A DNA stretch of 62,681 nucleotides, counting the filler, from Reclinomonas americana ATCC 50394 (Eukaryota): NCBI GenBank assembly GCA_048213135.1. It is 5 parts of 4 records of this genome, joined end to end, with 100 filler letters (N's around TTAATTAATTAA, not from the genome) between each part and the next. Parts side by side here need not be neighbours in the genome. Positions count along the whole stretch, not along the records: positions 1 to 19,244 come from PS015387.1; positions 19,345 to 41,041 come from PS015389.1; 3 more parts are not named here. The stretch is one strand, 5' to 3'. Numbering within the stretch: the stretch's first letter is position 1; the number at the start of each line of letters is the position of its first letter. The notes under the pieces were generated by a model, which did no database searches, was not told where the DNA came from, and saw only the letters and a program-made list of their open reading frames with translations. A program made the translations under genes and the position numbers. This document shows positions 17,708 through 28,530 of the stretch, piece by piece.

Positions 17708-19244
17708 GTGAGATCACGCACTCACCGCTCTTTGTGGGGTATAACATGGCGCGGCCACACACGCCGCCGTGTCAAGTGAAAGCACTGCACGCGCGACGAG
17801 AGGCGAGCGAAACGAAGGTGTGCGTGTGACGAACACGTGCGCGGACAAGGGGACCTCGCAAAACGGATTTGCACACTGCGGCGACTTCACTAAACTTCGT
17901 CGACAAGCTCAGCCGCTTCCTCGGCAATTGGCGGTGGTGGTCTTCTGGACCCGTACGCATTAGGTCGCTGCGGCATTGGTTGTTGCTGACCTGGTCTCAG
18001 TCCCGGCTGTTGCTGCGCCTGCGATCGGTGCTGTTGTTTCTGTCGCCTTGGTGATGGCACTGGTGGCATGTACGGCTTCATGGCCAAGAAGAGTTCGCGG
18101 AGCACACGGTCCATGGCCCGGTAGACACGATCAGAGTATCGAATGATACGTCTGCGCCGTCGCTGAGCCTCCTCGGGTGTCTCTGCAATACGTGCAAGAA
18201 ATGAGAGATGAATGTGCAAGCAGGAAAGCGGGCGAATCAGCTGGCTCACCTTCACCAGTCGAAGGCGCATCGTCGGTCGGCAGCGCCGAGTCCAAAGTAG
18301 CTGGCGGAACCTGTGCCTCGGTCGGAGCTGGAGCTGTCGATGCTCCAGCTGGAGCTGACGATGTTTCAGCAGGGGCTGGTGGCGTTCCGGCTGCAGCAGG
18401 TGGAGTCTCGGCTGGTGGCGTTGCAGCCGGGGCCTCGCTACCAGCTGGCTTGTCACCACCAGCGCCTGGAGCCTCGCCACCAGCTGGTTTGTCACCACCA
18501 GCAGCCGGGGCTTCACCACCAGCAGGTTTGTCACCACCAGCGGCTGGAGCCTCGCCACCAGCCGGCTTATCGCCGCCAGCGGCTGGAGCCTCACCACCGG
18601 CAGGTTTGTCACCACCAGCGGCCGGAGCCTCACCACCGGCAGGTTTGTCACCACCAGCAGCCGGGGCTTCACCACCAGCTGGCTTGTCACCACCAGCAGC
18701 CGGGGCTTCACCACCAGCTGGCTTGTCACCACCAGCAGCCGGAGCCTCACCACCGGCAGGTTTGTCACCACCAGCGGCCGGAACCTCACCACCAGCTGGC
18801 TTGTCACCACCAGCAGCCGGGGCTTCACCACCGGCAGGTTTGTCGCCACCAGCAGCTGGAGCGGCAGCGGCACCATCACCAGCTGGCTTGTCACCACCAG
18901 CAGCCGGGGCTTCACCACCGGCAGGTTTGTCGCCACCAGCAGCTGGGGCCGCAGCAGCACCGTCACCACCGGCAGCGGGAGCGGCAGCAGCGGGAGCGGC
19001 AGCGGGAGCGGCAGCGGCACCGTCACCACCGGCAGCTGGGGCGGCAGCTGGAGCGGCCGCAGCACCATCACCGCCTGCAGCTGGGGCAGCAGCAGCAGGA
19101 GCAGCAGCAGCACCATCACCACCGGCAGCAGGAGCGGGGGCAGCAGCGGCACCATCACCACCGGCAGCGGGAGCAGGGGCGGCAGCAGCAGGAGCGGCCG
19201 CAGCAGCACCGTCACCGCCTGCAGCAGGAGCGGGGGCAGCAGCA
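13458..19244 (-). CDS. U-box E3 ubiquitin ligase with five tandem ~80-aa repeats and an N-terminal AGGDKPAGGEAPA low-complexity region (5' end lost at linker)
   Basis: U-box: YLDPVSFELMHDPVVAADG|TYERVSIELWLKEHDTSPITNAK|LEHQLLIPNYTLRSMI. Five copies of an LWxHxDGDxGASxW-type unit lie at ~14930-17750. Linkage of the 18.2-19.2 kb repeat exon to this gene is inferred from strand and splice sites. Confidence 0.85.
18430..19244 (-). repeat. Coding 39-bp minisatellite (AGGDKPAGGEAPA)n grading into (AGGDGAAAAPA)n
   Basis: Recurring ccagcwggyttgtcaccaccagc units keep the minus-strand frame open and vary mainly at synonymous positions. Confidence 0.85.
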
Positions 19245-19344
19245 NNNNNNNNNNNNNNNNNNNNNNNNNNNNNNNNNNNNNNNNNNNNTTAATTAATTAA
19301 NNNNNNNNNNNNNNNNNNNNNNNNNNNNNNNNNNNNNNNNNNNN
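19245..19344. other. Artificial contig linker N44-TTAATTAATTAA-N44 (also at 41042-41141, 45946-46045, 60023-60122)
   Basis: Identical 100-nt structure four times; the 12-mer contains stops in all six frames; adjacent genes are truncated at these points. Confidence 0.97.
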
Positions 19345-19497
19345 TGCTTCCCCTCACCTTCCCCTCCCTTCCCCCTACTCCTCCCCTCCTTTCCCCTCAT
19401 TCCCCCTCGCTTCCCCTCCTTCCCCTCCTTCCCCTCTTTCCCCTCCTTCCCCTCACCTTCCCCTCCCTTCCTCCTACTCCTCCCCTCCTCTGCCACA

Positions 19498-20964
19498 GCG
19501 CCACGAATCAATTCCCGGCCTCGAAACCCTCCGCCATCTCGTGTTGAAGAGCGCCCTGCTGACGCACACCGACGTGCTGGGCATCACGCCGGCCTACGCC
19601 GTCGCGTACTTGCTCTTCCGTCTGTTCAAGGACGCCGAGGTGTGGTGGCGTGTGCCGCAGGCAAAGAGAGTGGATATGCCGACTAACCTGCGCTTCATCG
19701 CCCTCACAGTACCCGTTCTACAAGGCCAGGTACGATCACGCGCTGCTGCAGGAGCTCGCCGACGAGCTGGACTCGTTTGAGAGGGACTTTTTCCAGTACG
19801 AGGCACCCGCTGCAGTGCAGTTTCGTACGCTCTCGTCCCTTTTTTTGGTGTCACATCACGTCGCTCACTTCTCCCACCTCGCGCAGCAATGAGAACAACC
19901 GCAAGGACAACTACGGCCGGTACTCCAGCATGTTGCGCAAAGTGGCCGATGAAGTCAAGCGAGCGCGAAACTCGTCACAGCGCGCCTCGCACCAAGTATT
20001 CGAGCAGGCCGCCGAGGTCATCAAGGAGGCGGCTGGTCGCCTCACCGACAGTCGCATCGACAGGTGTGCATTTCCTCCAACTCCCTTTCCCTTTCCCTAT
20101 CCTTGTCGTCGTCGCTCACACTGTCGCGTGCAGTCCTTCGCACGGCTTTGCGCCCGCCAGCGTCACCACGGCCATCTGCGCCTTCCTGATCATGCGCAGC
20201 TCCGAGTGGCCGATCATGAAGGTGCTGTGGAACTTGTTTGCGGTCGGTGGTGACACGGACACTGTCGGAGCTATTGCCGGCAGTCTATGTGCCGCCTCCA
20301 TGGCGTCGCGCGGACTTATGGGTGACGTCTTGTATCTGGTCGACTCGTATCTGATCGATTGCCCAGTTGCTCAGTCAAGACAAAGTATGGCGTCGCGCAA
20401 GGTGTTCTTCACTCGCCGTTTCTGTCTGTGCCTCACTCTGGCGTTCGTGTAGCGCTTGCCGAGCATTTTTACAACTTCGCCCATCAACGTGACTATGTCA
20501 TGGATGTGTTGGATGTGGAGCGGCGGGTGTCGCTGGCGCTCTGCTTGCAACCTGTGAACAAGAGAACAGCCGTGTACACACAACGCGAGCGTCGAGATGC
20601 TGCGGACAACCGACGTCGGCTGGAGGCTGGTGCGCTTGGCTGCTGTTTTCTGCCAAGGATTGCACCTGCTCAACTCTTGTGTGGCATGGCATGCAGAGTT
20701 CGGCTACGCTTTCCGGGACGCCATGCAACTGTATCACGACGTGCACCAGGTGGCCGCAGATCTGGCGAACGCGTACACGCAGGTCATGTTGCGACTGGCG
20801 GATCGAGCGCGCGTCGAACCTGCCGCCGTGTTTACGCTGCTGACAAGTACGTTTCCTTGCGAGTGCCCTCACATGTGCGCTAGTCGCAGCTCATCGTGGT
20901 GTGTGGCGCAGTGCAATCGCGCCAGGAAATGTTCAAGCGTGAGTGGAATCGCATGTTCAAGTGA
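19498..20964 (+). CDS. ADP-ribosylglycohydrolase (ARH/DraG family), 3' portion with a helical C-terminal extension
   Basis: SALLTHTD (family TH motif) and NLFAVGGDTDTVGAIAGSLCAA (GGDTDT metal-binding motif). Ends ...MFKREWNRMFK* after intron GTACGT..CAG. Confidence 0.88.
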
Positions 20965-21056
20965 CGACTGTTGGCAGGAACAAAAAGGAGACAGGTCACG
21001 CTTTTCAGATTGGTTTCATGACGTTGGCCGAACTACACAATGTACCGCGCACTCGC

Positions 21057-24000
21057 TTAGTATCCACCCTGATCACCAAACAGCTGCGCAAGAAGAAATG
21101 AGAAAATTGCGGGGAAAAGGCGAGACAATGGTGGTGATGACCCGCACCAGCTTGATGGTGTTGTTGTTCGGGTTGACGGGGCCGATCATGTCGGGGTGCT
21201 CCGTCAGCAAGTGCCTGAACAGGACGCGGGCCGTCAGCCACAGACCAGTCTGGCTCGGGTGGAATCTGCAAAGCAGAGAAAAGTGAGTGATTCGATCAAG
21301 AGAGCACATCACACAGCACAGATAAAACAACTCACCCATCAATCGGCTCGATGAGGTCCGACACCTTGCCGCCGGTCGCCGTCCACTCCTGAATCGCCTC
21401 CTCGATGAGGTCACCGAACGAGTACACGGCCATGTTGAAGTTCTTGTACGTGTGCTGGCTGATGATCTTGCTGTAGACGGCGTTGAGCGAGTTGGCCACG
21501 TCGGTGGTCATGTCGCGAATGGTGGAATTGGTGTTCAGCCAGCCGCGGCACGGCGAGATCTCCAGGCAGTTGAGGTAGTCGTACACCTGATAAAATGGGA
21601 AAGGATGAGGGGAAGAGAGGGGGATGAGGAAGGGGAAAGAGGGAAGAAAGGAAAAGGGAAGGAGAGTGAGCGGAACAGGAGCAGAGCGAGTGGGAAGGGA
21701 GTAGCGCGAGAGGCAAAGAGCTGCGAGAGGCAAAGAGCAGAACGAGAGACAAGGAGAAGAGCGAGAGACAAGGAGCAGCGAGAGACAAGGAGCAGCGAGA
21801 GCCAAGGAGCAGCGAGAGACAAGGAGCAGAACGAGAGACAAGGAGCAGAACGAGAGACAAGGAGCAGAACGAGAGACAAGGAGCAGAACGAGAGACAAGG
21901 AGCAGAGCGAGAGACAAGGAGCAGAGCGAGAGACAAGGAGCAGAGCGAGAGACAAGGAGCAGCGAGAGACAAGGAGCAGTGAGAGACAAGGAGCAGCGAG
22001 AGTCAAGGAGCAGCGAGAGACAAGGAGCAGCGAGAGTCAAGGAGCAGAGCGAGAGACGAGGAGCGGAGCGAGAGACAAGAAGCGGAGCGAGAGACATGGA
22101 GCAGAGCGAGAGACATGGAGCAGAGCGAGAGACATGGAGCAGAGCGAGAGACGTGGAGCCAAGTAACCATCTCTCCTTCTGTCTCACACAAACCTCAGCG
22201 TAGGTGGCGCCAATCGGGTGAGTCAGGTTGTGCATCGTGTTGAAGAGGATGCGGCCGTCGACCAGACCAATGAACACGACCGACGAGCCGGCCGGCAGCT
22301 TGGTGTCGAGGAAAGCGAGGGTCTTGAGCACCGAGGCCTCGAACTCGGCCGGAGTGGTCATGTGGTTGAAGGTGTCGGGGTGGCCATTGCACACGTCGTT
22401 GCCGATGAGGGCGTGGAAGAGGAGCGCGGGGCGGTCGTTGGCCTGGTCGCGGGCCAGCGAATTCGCAATGCCGCCTGCCATGTCGCCGGCACGAGCGCCA
22501 TTCACTCCCAGGTTCTGTTTGGTAACGGAGTGAGAAACCTGCGCCGCTTCGTGCTCACTGGCACTGGTCGGACGCACCTGGAAATCGCGGTGAATGCACA
22601 GGTTGCGGTCGAGCATCTGCGTGTAGATCGACTCCATCGGTCCGGGGGTGAGGCCGTACGAGAAGTTGGTGAAGCCAGTGTAGGCCGACAGCTCCGGCCA
22701 GTCTGTACATCCGCAGCGTAAGCAAGAAAAACAGCCAAGAGATACCGTGGAGTGACTGACTCACCAAGCTCGTCCGACAGCGCAAACATGGCGTGCTCAA
22801 AGATCTGGGCGCTCCATTCCGTGGGAGTCATCCACTGCGGAGGGATGTGGAAGTGCGCGGCGGCCGAGTCGCCGAGCACAATGACGCCGCGGCTTTGGGT
22901 AGCTGCGGGAGAAAAAGGGAAGGGACGGATGAGGGAGGCGAAGGGAACGAAGGTGGAAGGGGAAGGAAGTATGAAGGGGAAGGGAGCATGAAGGGGACGG
23001 GAAGTGAAAGGAGAGAAGTGAGAGATGAGTGCAAGGGAAGAGAGAAACATTGGAGAGTGAGCAGAACGCAGTAAACTGACGCAAGGAATGGACTAAGAGG
23101 AGAATGACTGAGAGGACGAGTTAGGGAGAACGGGAGCAGGAGGGGAGAGGTGAAAAGATGATTGGTAGAGAGAGCCTGAGACGAAAAGGACTGATACCCG
23201 GTGAGATGGAGGTAACATGAGAGAACAAGGATCAAAGAAGAGTGAGGTGACTTCACAAGGACAAAGTGAGACACAAACAGAGAGACAGAAAGAGGAAAGG
23301 GGAGCGAGAGGGATGTGTCAAGAGTGGCGAAGGGAATACCTGGAGTGCACAGGCGGAGAGAGAGACTGAGATGCAAAGGAGTGATACTGGTGAGATTGAG
23401 ACATGAGAGTAGATGGAAGAAGAGTGAAGGTGACTTCAGACGGACAAAGTGAGACGCAAACAGAGAGACAGAAAGAGGAAAGGGGAGCGAGAGGGATGTG
23501 TCAAGAGTGGCGAAGGGAATACCTGGAGTGCACAGGCAGAGAGAGAGACTGAGATGCAATGACTGACACGCGGGAGAGATTGAGATAAGAAGAGTGAAGG
23601 AGAGGCGAGGCGCAAACAGTAAACAAGAGAGGGGGGAGGTAGGAAACGAGGACGCCGGGGGTGTACAGAGAAGAAGCAGAGAACTGACGATAGAAAAACT
23701 GCGAGTGACAATAAAACGAGTCAGCACGGCGGTGAGAAAGCGAATGTGGACAAACTGAGAGCAAAACAGAGAGCGCAATCGAGAGAGACAGGACGTCAGG
23801 CGCTGAGAATAGGTGACGATAAGGGAAGAACTGGAGCGCAGAGGAGGTGAGAGAGAGCGAGAGAGAGAGAGAGAACAACACATCAACGATCTTCCCAGAA
23901 CAAGAACTTACATGGCCCGCACAGGGTGTCCTCGTACGCGCGGCCCTGTGGGTCGACACCCGAGATGCCGTTGCAGTTGTGATCGACACGCGGGTTCGAC

Positions 24001-24550
24001 GACGGCGTCTTGCGGCCGGGGTAAATGTCCTTGTCGAAGTCCTGGCAATCGCGGCCACTGCGCGAGAGACAAGTCAGCCATGGCAACTCCGCCAACGAAC
24101 AGGGAACCTCAACTCACCGCCACATGTAACCACGGAAGGTGTCGTCGTTGCCGGAGAAGAAATCATTGTCGAAATCGACGAGCGGCAAGTGCGTGTTGAA
24201 GACCTTGTTGATCTGCTCCTTGAACCACTGCCACGGAGTCAGGTCGGCCTTGGCCGCCTCCTCGTCCATTTGCTGCATCAGGCGAGTGGCGTGGGGCATT
24301 GCCGGAGGAGCAATGGAAGCAGTCGTCGTCTGGCGACGAGAGACCGCCGCAGCCGCAGCCGCCTGGGCCTTCTCCTTGGCACCGTCGTGCAGCACGCAGA
24401 CGGCGTCCTTGCAGAGGGTGGTCAGCACGCAGGCCTTTTCCGGGGTCTCGGCGCGCTCCAGAGCGGCGACGAGGGTCGGACTGTGGGGGAAGGGAGATGA
24501 GGAGAAGGTGAGGGGAGGAGAGGGAGGGAAAGGGAGAAAGGAGGGACAGG

Positions 24551-24598
<48 letters not shown>

Positions 24599-26224
24599 GA
24601 CAAGCGACAAGAGAGGAGAAGAGAGACAGGAGAGAGGAGACGAGCGACAAGAGAGAGGAGACGAGCGACAAGAGAGAGGAGACGAGCGACAAGAGAGAAG
24701 ATGAGCGATAGAGAGGAGACGAGCGACAAGAGATGAGACGAGCGACAAGAGAGGAGACGAGCGACAAGAGAGGAGACGAGCGACAAGAGAGGAGACGAGC
24801 GACAAGAGAGGAGACGAGCGACAAGAGAGGAGACGAGCGACAAGAGAGGAGACGAGCGACAAGAGAGGAAGGCAGCGACAAGAGAGGAGATGAGCGATAG
24901 AGAGGAGACGAGCGACAAGAGACGAGCGACAAGAGAGGAGACGAGCGACAGGAGAGGAGACCTGCGACAGGAGAGGAGACTGACGAGAGAGAGTAGACGC
25001 AGAGCAAACGGAAGAGCATCGGAATAACCATCCTCTCTATTTCCTCTTATCCTTGTGGACTCACCCGTACGTGTCGACTGCATACTTGCACGGCTCCTGC
25101 AGCGTCGGCGGGAACAGCGAGCAGATCTCATTGACCACCTGCTCAATGCTCTGTTGCTTCACAGCCGCGTATTGCTCAAGAAGGTTGACCACTGCACAAT
25201 GAGAGAAAAGAGAGAGTCTGTGAGGAAGGGAGGGAGGGAGAGAAGGAAGGAGAGCCAGGGAGAGAGAGGATGCGTATGCAAAGTGTGTGCAAGTGTGTGC
25301 AAAGTGTGTGCGAGTGTGTGAAAGTGTGTGGAAGTGTGTGAAAATGTGTGCAGAATGCGTGTAAGTGTGTGGAAGTGTGTGCAAAGTGTGTGCAAGTGTG
25401 TGCAAGTGTGCGCAAGTGTGTGGAAGTGTGTGGAAGTGTGTGAAAGTGTGTGAAAGTGTGTGAAAGTGTGTGCATAGTGTGTGGAAGTGTGTGGAAGTGT
25501 GTGCAAGTGTGTACAAGTGTGTATAAGTGTGTGCAAGTGTGTGCAAGTGTGTGTAAGTGTGTGAATGTGTGCAAGTGTGTGAATGTGTGTGAAAGTGTGT
25601 GCCAAGTGTGTGAAAGTGTGCGTAAGTGTGCAAGTGTGTGCAAGTGTGCGCAAGTGTGTGCAAGTGTGCGCAAGTGTGTGCAAGTGCGTGAAAGTGTGTG
25701 CAAGTGTGTGCAAAAGAGCGTGTGAGAGCAAGTGACGATTGCGCGCTTAGAGTCGTCAATAGGCGACGGATAAATCGCGCATTCTCTCTCTCTCTCACAT
25801 AGACACACACACACACTCTCTCTCTCTTTCTATCATGACTCGCACATGCATACATGAAACGACCCCCATCATGACACGCACATTCAGACAATATGCAAAG
25901 ATCCCCTCACTCCTCACTCTCTCTCTCTTCTCTCTCTCTCTCTCATGTCACGCAACAAATGACACACGTGGCGCAGTTGGTGCCTCCATGCGCATCACGC
26001 AGCGGCTGCTTGTCGTCCACGGCCGATCGCCACGCATGTCCAGGCACAACCACGCGCGACAGAAGCGACGCGGCCATGTCGACCAGCGCAGGGTCGACTG
26101 TGGATGAGGAGGAAGTAGAGGTGGAGGCGACTCCGCGGAGGCCGGGGCGCGCGGCGTGTGCCGAGATGGCCATCACCGATGCCACCGCGAGGAGCAGCGC
26201 GAGGAGGAGAGTGGTGTGGCGCAT
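21057..26224 (-). CDS. AOAH: Acyloxyacyl hydrolase (signal peptide, saposin domain, SGNH/GDSL lipase)
   Basis: Signal MRHTTLLLALLLAVAS; saposin GGTNCATCVI..ICSLFP..CKYAVDTYG; FRGYMWRGRDC, NCNGISG, VLGDSAAAHFHIPP, DWPELS, CIHRDFQNLGVNGAR, LIGNDVC, YDYLNCLEISPCRGW, EPIDGFHPSQ; C-terminus LFGDQGGY*. Confidence 0.96.
21730..22160. repeat. Intronic minisatellite, unit ~GAGACAAGGAGCAG(A)(GC/AC)GA
   Basis: About 20 degenerate 17-19-bp units in an AOAH intron. Confidence 0.9.
24600..24985. repeat. Intronic minisatellite (GAGGAGACGAGCGACAAGA)n
   Basis: About 18 tandem ~19-bp units in an AOAH intron. Confidence 0.9.
25278..25712. repeat. Intronic ~10-bp minisatellite (AAGTGTGTGC/G)n
   Basis: About 40 degenerate units in an AOAH intron. 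Confidence 0.9.
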
Positions 26225-26631
26225 GGTGGAGTGGTGAGAGGGTGAAGAAGGAGGTGCACACACAGACACGCACGAAGGAGTGAGTGAGAACGTGGTCTAC
26301 AGTTTGCGCGGTTTTTTCCGATTTACAGAAACGGTACATAAAACACTTCATTCACCACATTCCAATAATGCGATAAACGTCCACAAATCCCTTGCCGACG
26401 ATGACCATTGACACACCAACAATATACAAACACATACTTCTCCAACAGTCATCGTCCCTTTCAGAAGGCAAAGCCAATCAAACGCGTGTTGGCCTCGAAA
26501 GGATTTCGAGGCGCAAATTGTGTCAGCGGCCTACGTAGACGCTGAACTTGATCACTTGCACAAGGAAGGCATGCACCGACAAATGAAATGCAAGAATTTG
26601 TTCATTCCAAAGAGTGGCGTTGTCCTTCGGG

Positions 26632-26764
26632 ATGGCCATCACCGATGCCACCGAGGAGAGTGGTGTGGCGCATGAGAGGTGGGGAAGTTGAAGAGGGGCA
26701 CGCACAGACACGCACGAAGGAGAGAGAGGTCTACAGTTTGCGCGGTTTTTCCGATTTACAGAAA
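26632..26764 (-). pseudogene. Degenerate duplicate of the AOAH 5' end (upstream region plus start of signal peptide)
   Basis: Matches 26166-26331: atggccatcaccgatgccacc..gaggagagtggtgtggcgcatg..cacagacacgcacgaaggag..ggtctacagtttgcgcggtttttt ccgatttacagaaa, with internal deletions. Confidence 0.8.
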
Positions 26765-28530
26765 AGGGCGCTACGAGTGCGGTGGTCGTGGTGGTTTTTT
26801 GCAGTCGACGATGAACGCGTTATTTTTATGTAGTGGTTGATGTTGTTGCGGTGGTGACGATGTCGCTGATCCACACAACCCAAAAGCGATGAATGACGAG
26901 ATGGCAAACTCCCCATGGCCAGAGTGGAAAACGGTGATTGCTCAATTGCAACAACGGAGGAAGTTGGCCAGCGATGCTTTTAGGGGGAAAATAAGCGGCT
27001 TCTCATCAACAGTTTGCGAAGATATCTTCCTGCGGCTGTGTAACGCCTTTGGGAGGTCCCTACGGCTCAGAAGCTACAACAACAACAANNNNNNNNNNNN
27101 NNNNNNNNNNNNNNNNNNNNNNNNNNNNNNNNNNNNNNNNNNNNNNNNNNNNNNNNNNNNNNNNNNNNNNNNNNNNNNNNNNNNNNNNNNNNNNNNNNNN
27201 NNNNNNNNNNNNNNNNNNNNNNNNNNNNNNNNNNNNNNNNNNNNNNNNNNNNNNNNNNNNNNNNNNNNNNNNNNNNNNNNNNNNNNNNNNNNNNNNNNNN
27301 NNNNNNNNNNNNNNNNNNNNNNNNNNNNNNNNNNNNNNNNNNNNNNNNNNNNNNNNNNNNNNNNNNNNNNNNNNNNNNNNNNNNNNNNNNNNNNNNNNNN
27401 NNNNNNNNNNNNNNNNNNNNNNNNNNNNNNNNNNNNNNNNNNNNNNNNNNNNNNNNNNNNNNNNNNNNNNNNNNNNNNNNNNNNNNNNNNNNNNNNNNNN
27501 NNNNNNNNNNNNNNNNNNNNNNNNNNNNNNNNNNNNNNNNNNNNNNNNNNNNNNNNNNNNNNNNNNNNNNNNNNNNNNNNNNNNNNNNNNNNNNNNNNNN
27601 NNNNNNNNNNNNNNNNNNNNNNNNNNNNNNNNNNNNNNNNNNNNNNNNNNNNNNNNNNNNNNNNNNNNNNNNNNNNNNNNNNNNNNNNNNNNNNNNNNNN
27701 NNNNNNNNNNNNNNNNNNNNNNNNNNNNNNNNNNNNNNNNNNNNNNNNNNNNNNNNNNNNNNNNNNNNNNNNNNNNNNNNNNNNNNNNNNNNNNNNNNNN
27801 NNNNNNNNNNNNNNNNNNNNNNNNNNNNNNNNNNNNNNNNNNNNNNNNNNNNNNNNNNNNNNNNNNNNNNNNNNNNNNNNNNNNNNNNNNNNNNNNNNNN
27901 NNNNNNNNNNNNNNNNNNNNNNNNNNNNNNNNNNNNNNNNNNNNNNNNNNNNNNNNNNNNNNNNNNNNNNNNNNNNNNNNNNNNNNNNNNNNNNNNNNNN
28001 NNNACCGGGACTACTCGACGTCGGGGTCGGCAGGCTCGGCCAAGATGCTCTCAATTTTGTTCATCAGCCTCTCAGTGATCCATCGGAAAACGGATTCGAC
28101 CATAAGACGCATCACTTTATTGGCAATATCTTTCCACAGAGTCATGTGTGGAACGTCGAGCTGAGTTCGCTTTGTCGTCAGTACACGGTCAGCCCCCCTA
28201 ATTATCAACACAGCAACAGGCGCAACTTTTTGGTTGTGGGTCAACACGCGTACAAGTTCACACTGTCAAAAGGCGAAGTACGACAAGCTCAAGAACCTGA
28301 TCACAACGGCCCGTGACAAAATCACAGTGATCGACGTCGATCTCGTATGAAGCAACGATGTACAGCAAAAGAAGGGTACAAGGGAAAGAGAGGCAAGAGA
28401 GGAGCAAAGATCGAAAGTCGGATCAGCAGCTGAAGACGGTGCGCAGCGTGGAAGGACATTTGTAGCCGTGACGGAGAAGGACACGCTTGACAGTAGATCG
28501 TACACGTAGCGCAGTCGTGAGTGAGCAATC

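Noticed and set aside
18177..19296. Plus-strand ORFs (SPPAAGA / HHQQ repeats)
   Set aside because: Antisense shadows; splice sites and the downstream exons are on the minus strand.
19289..19300. Palindromic TTAATTAATTAA repeated four times (piggyBac-like TTAA sites or regulatory element)
   Set aside because: Always centred in N44..N44, so it is an artificial six-frame-stop linker.
28011..28330. Short minus-strand ORFs near the gaps (also 32461-32733) as transposase fragments
   Set aside because: No recognisable DDE, RT or other motif; left unassigned.
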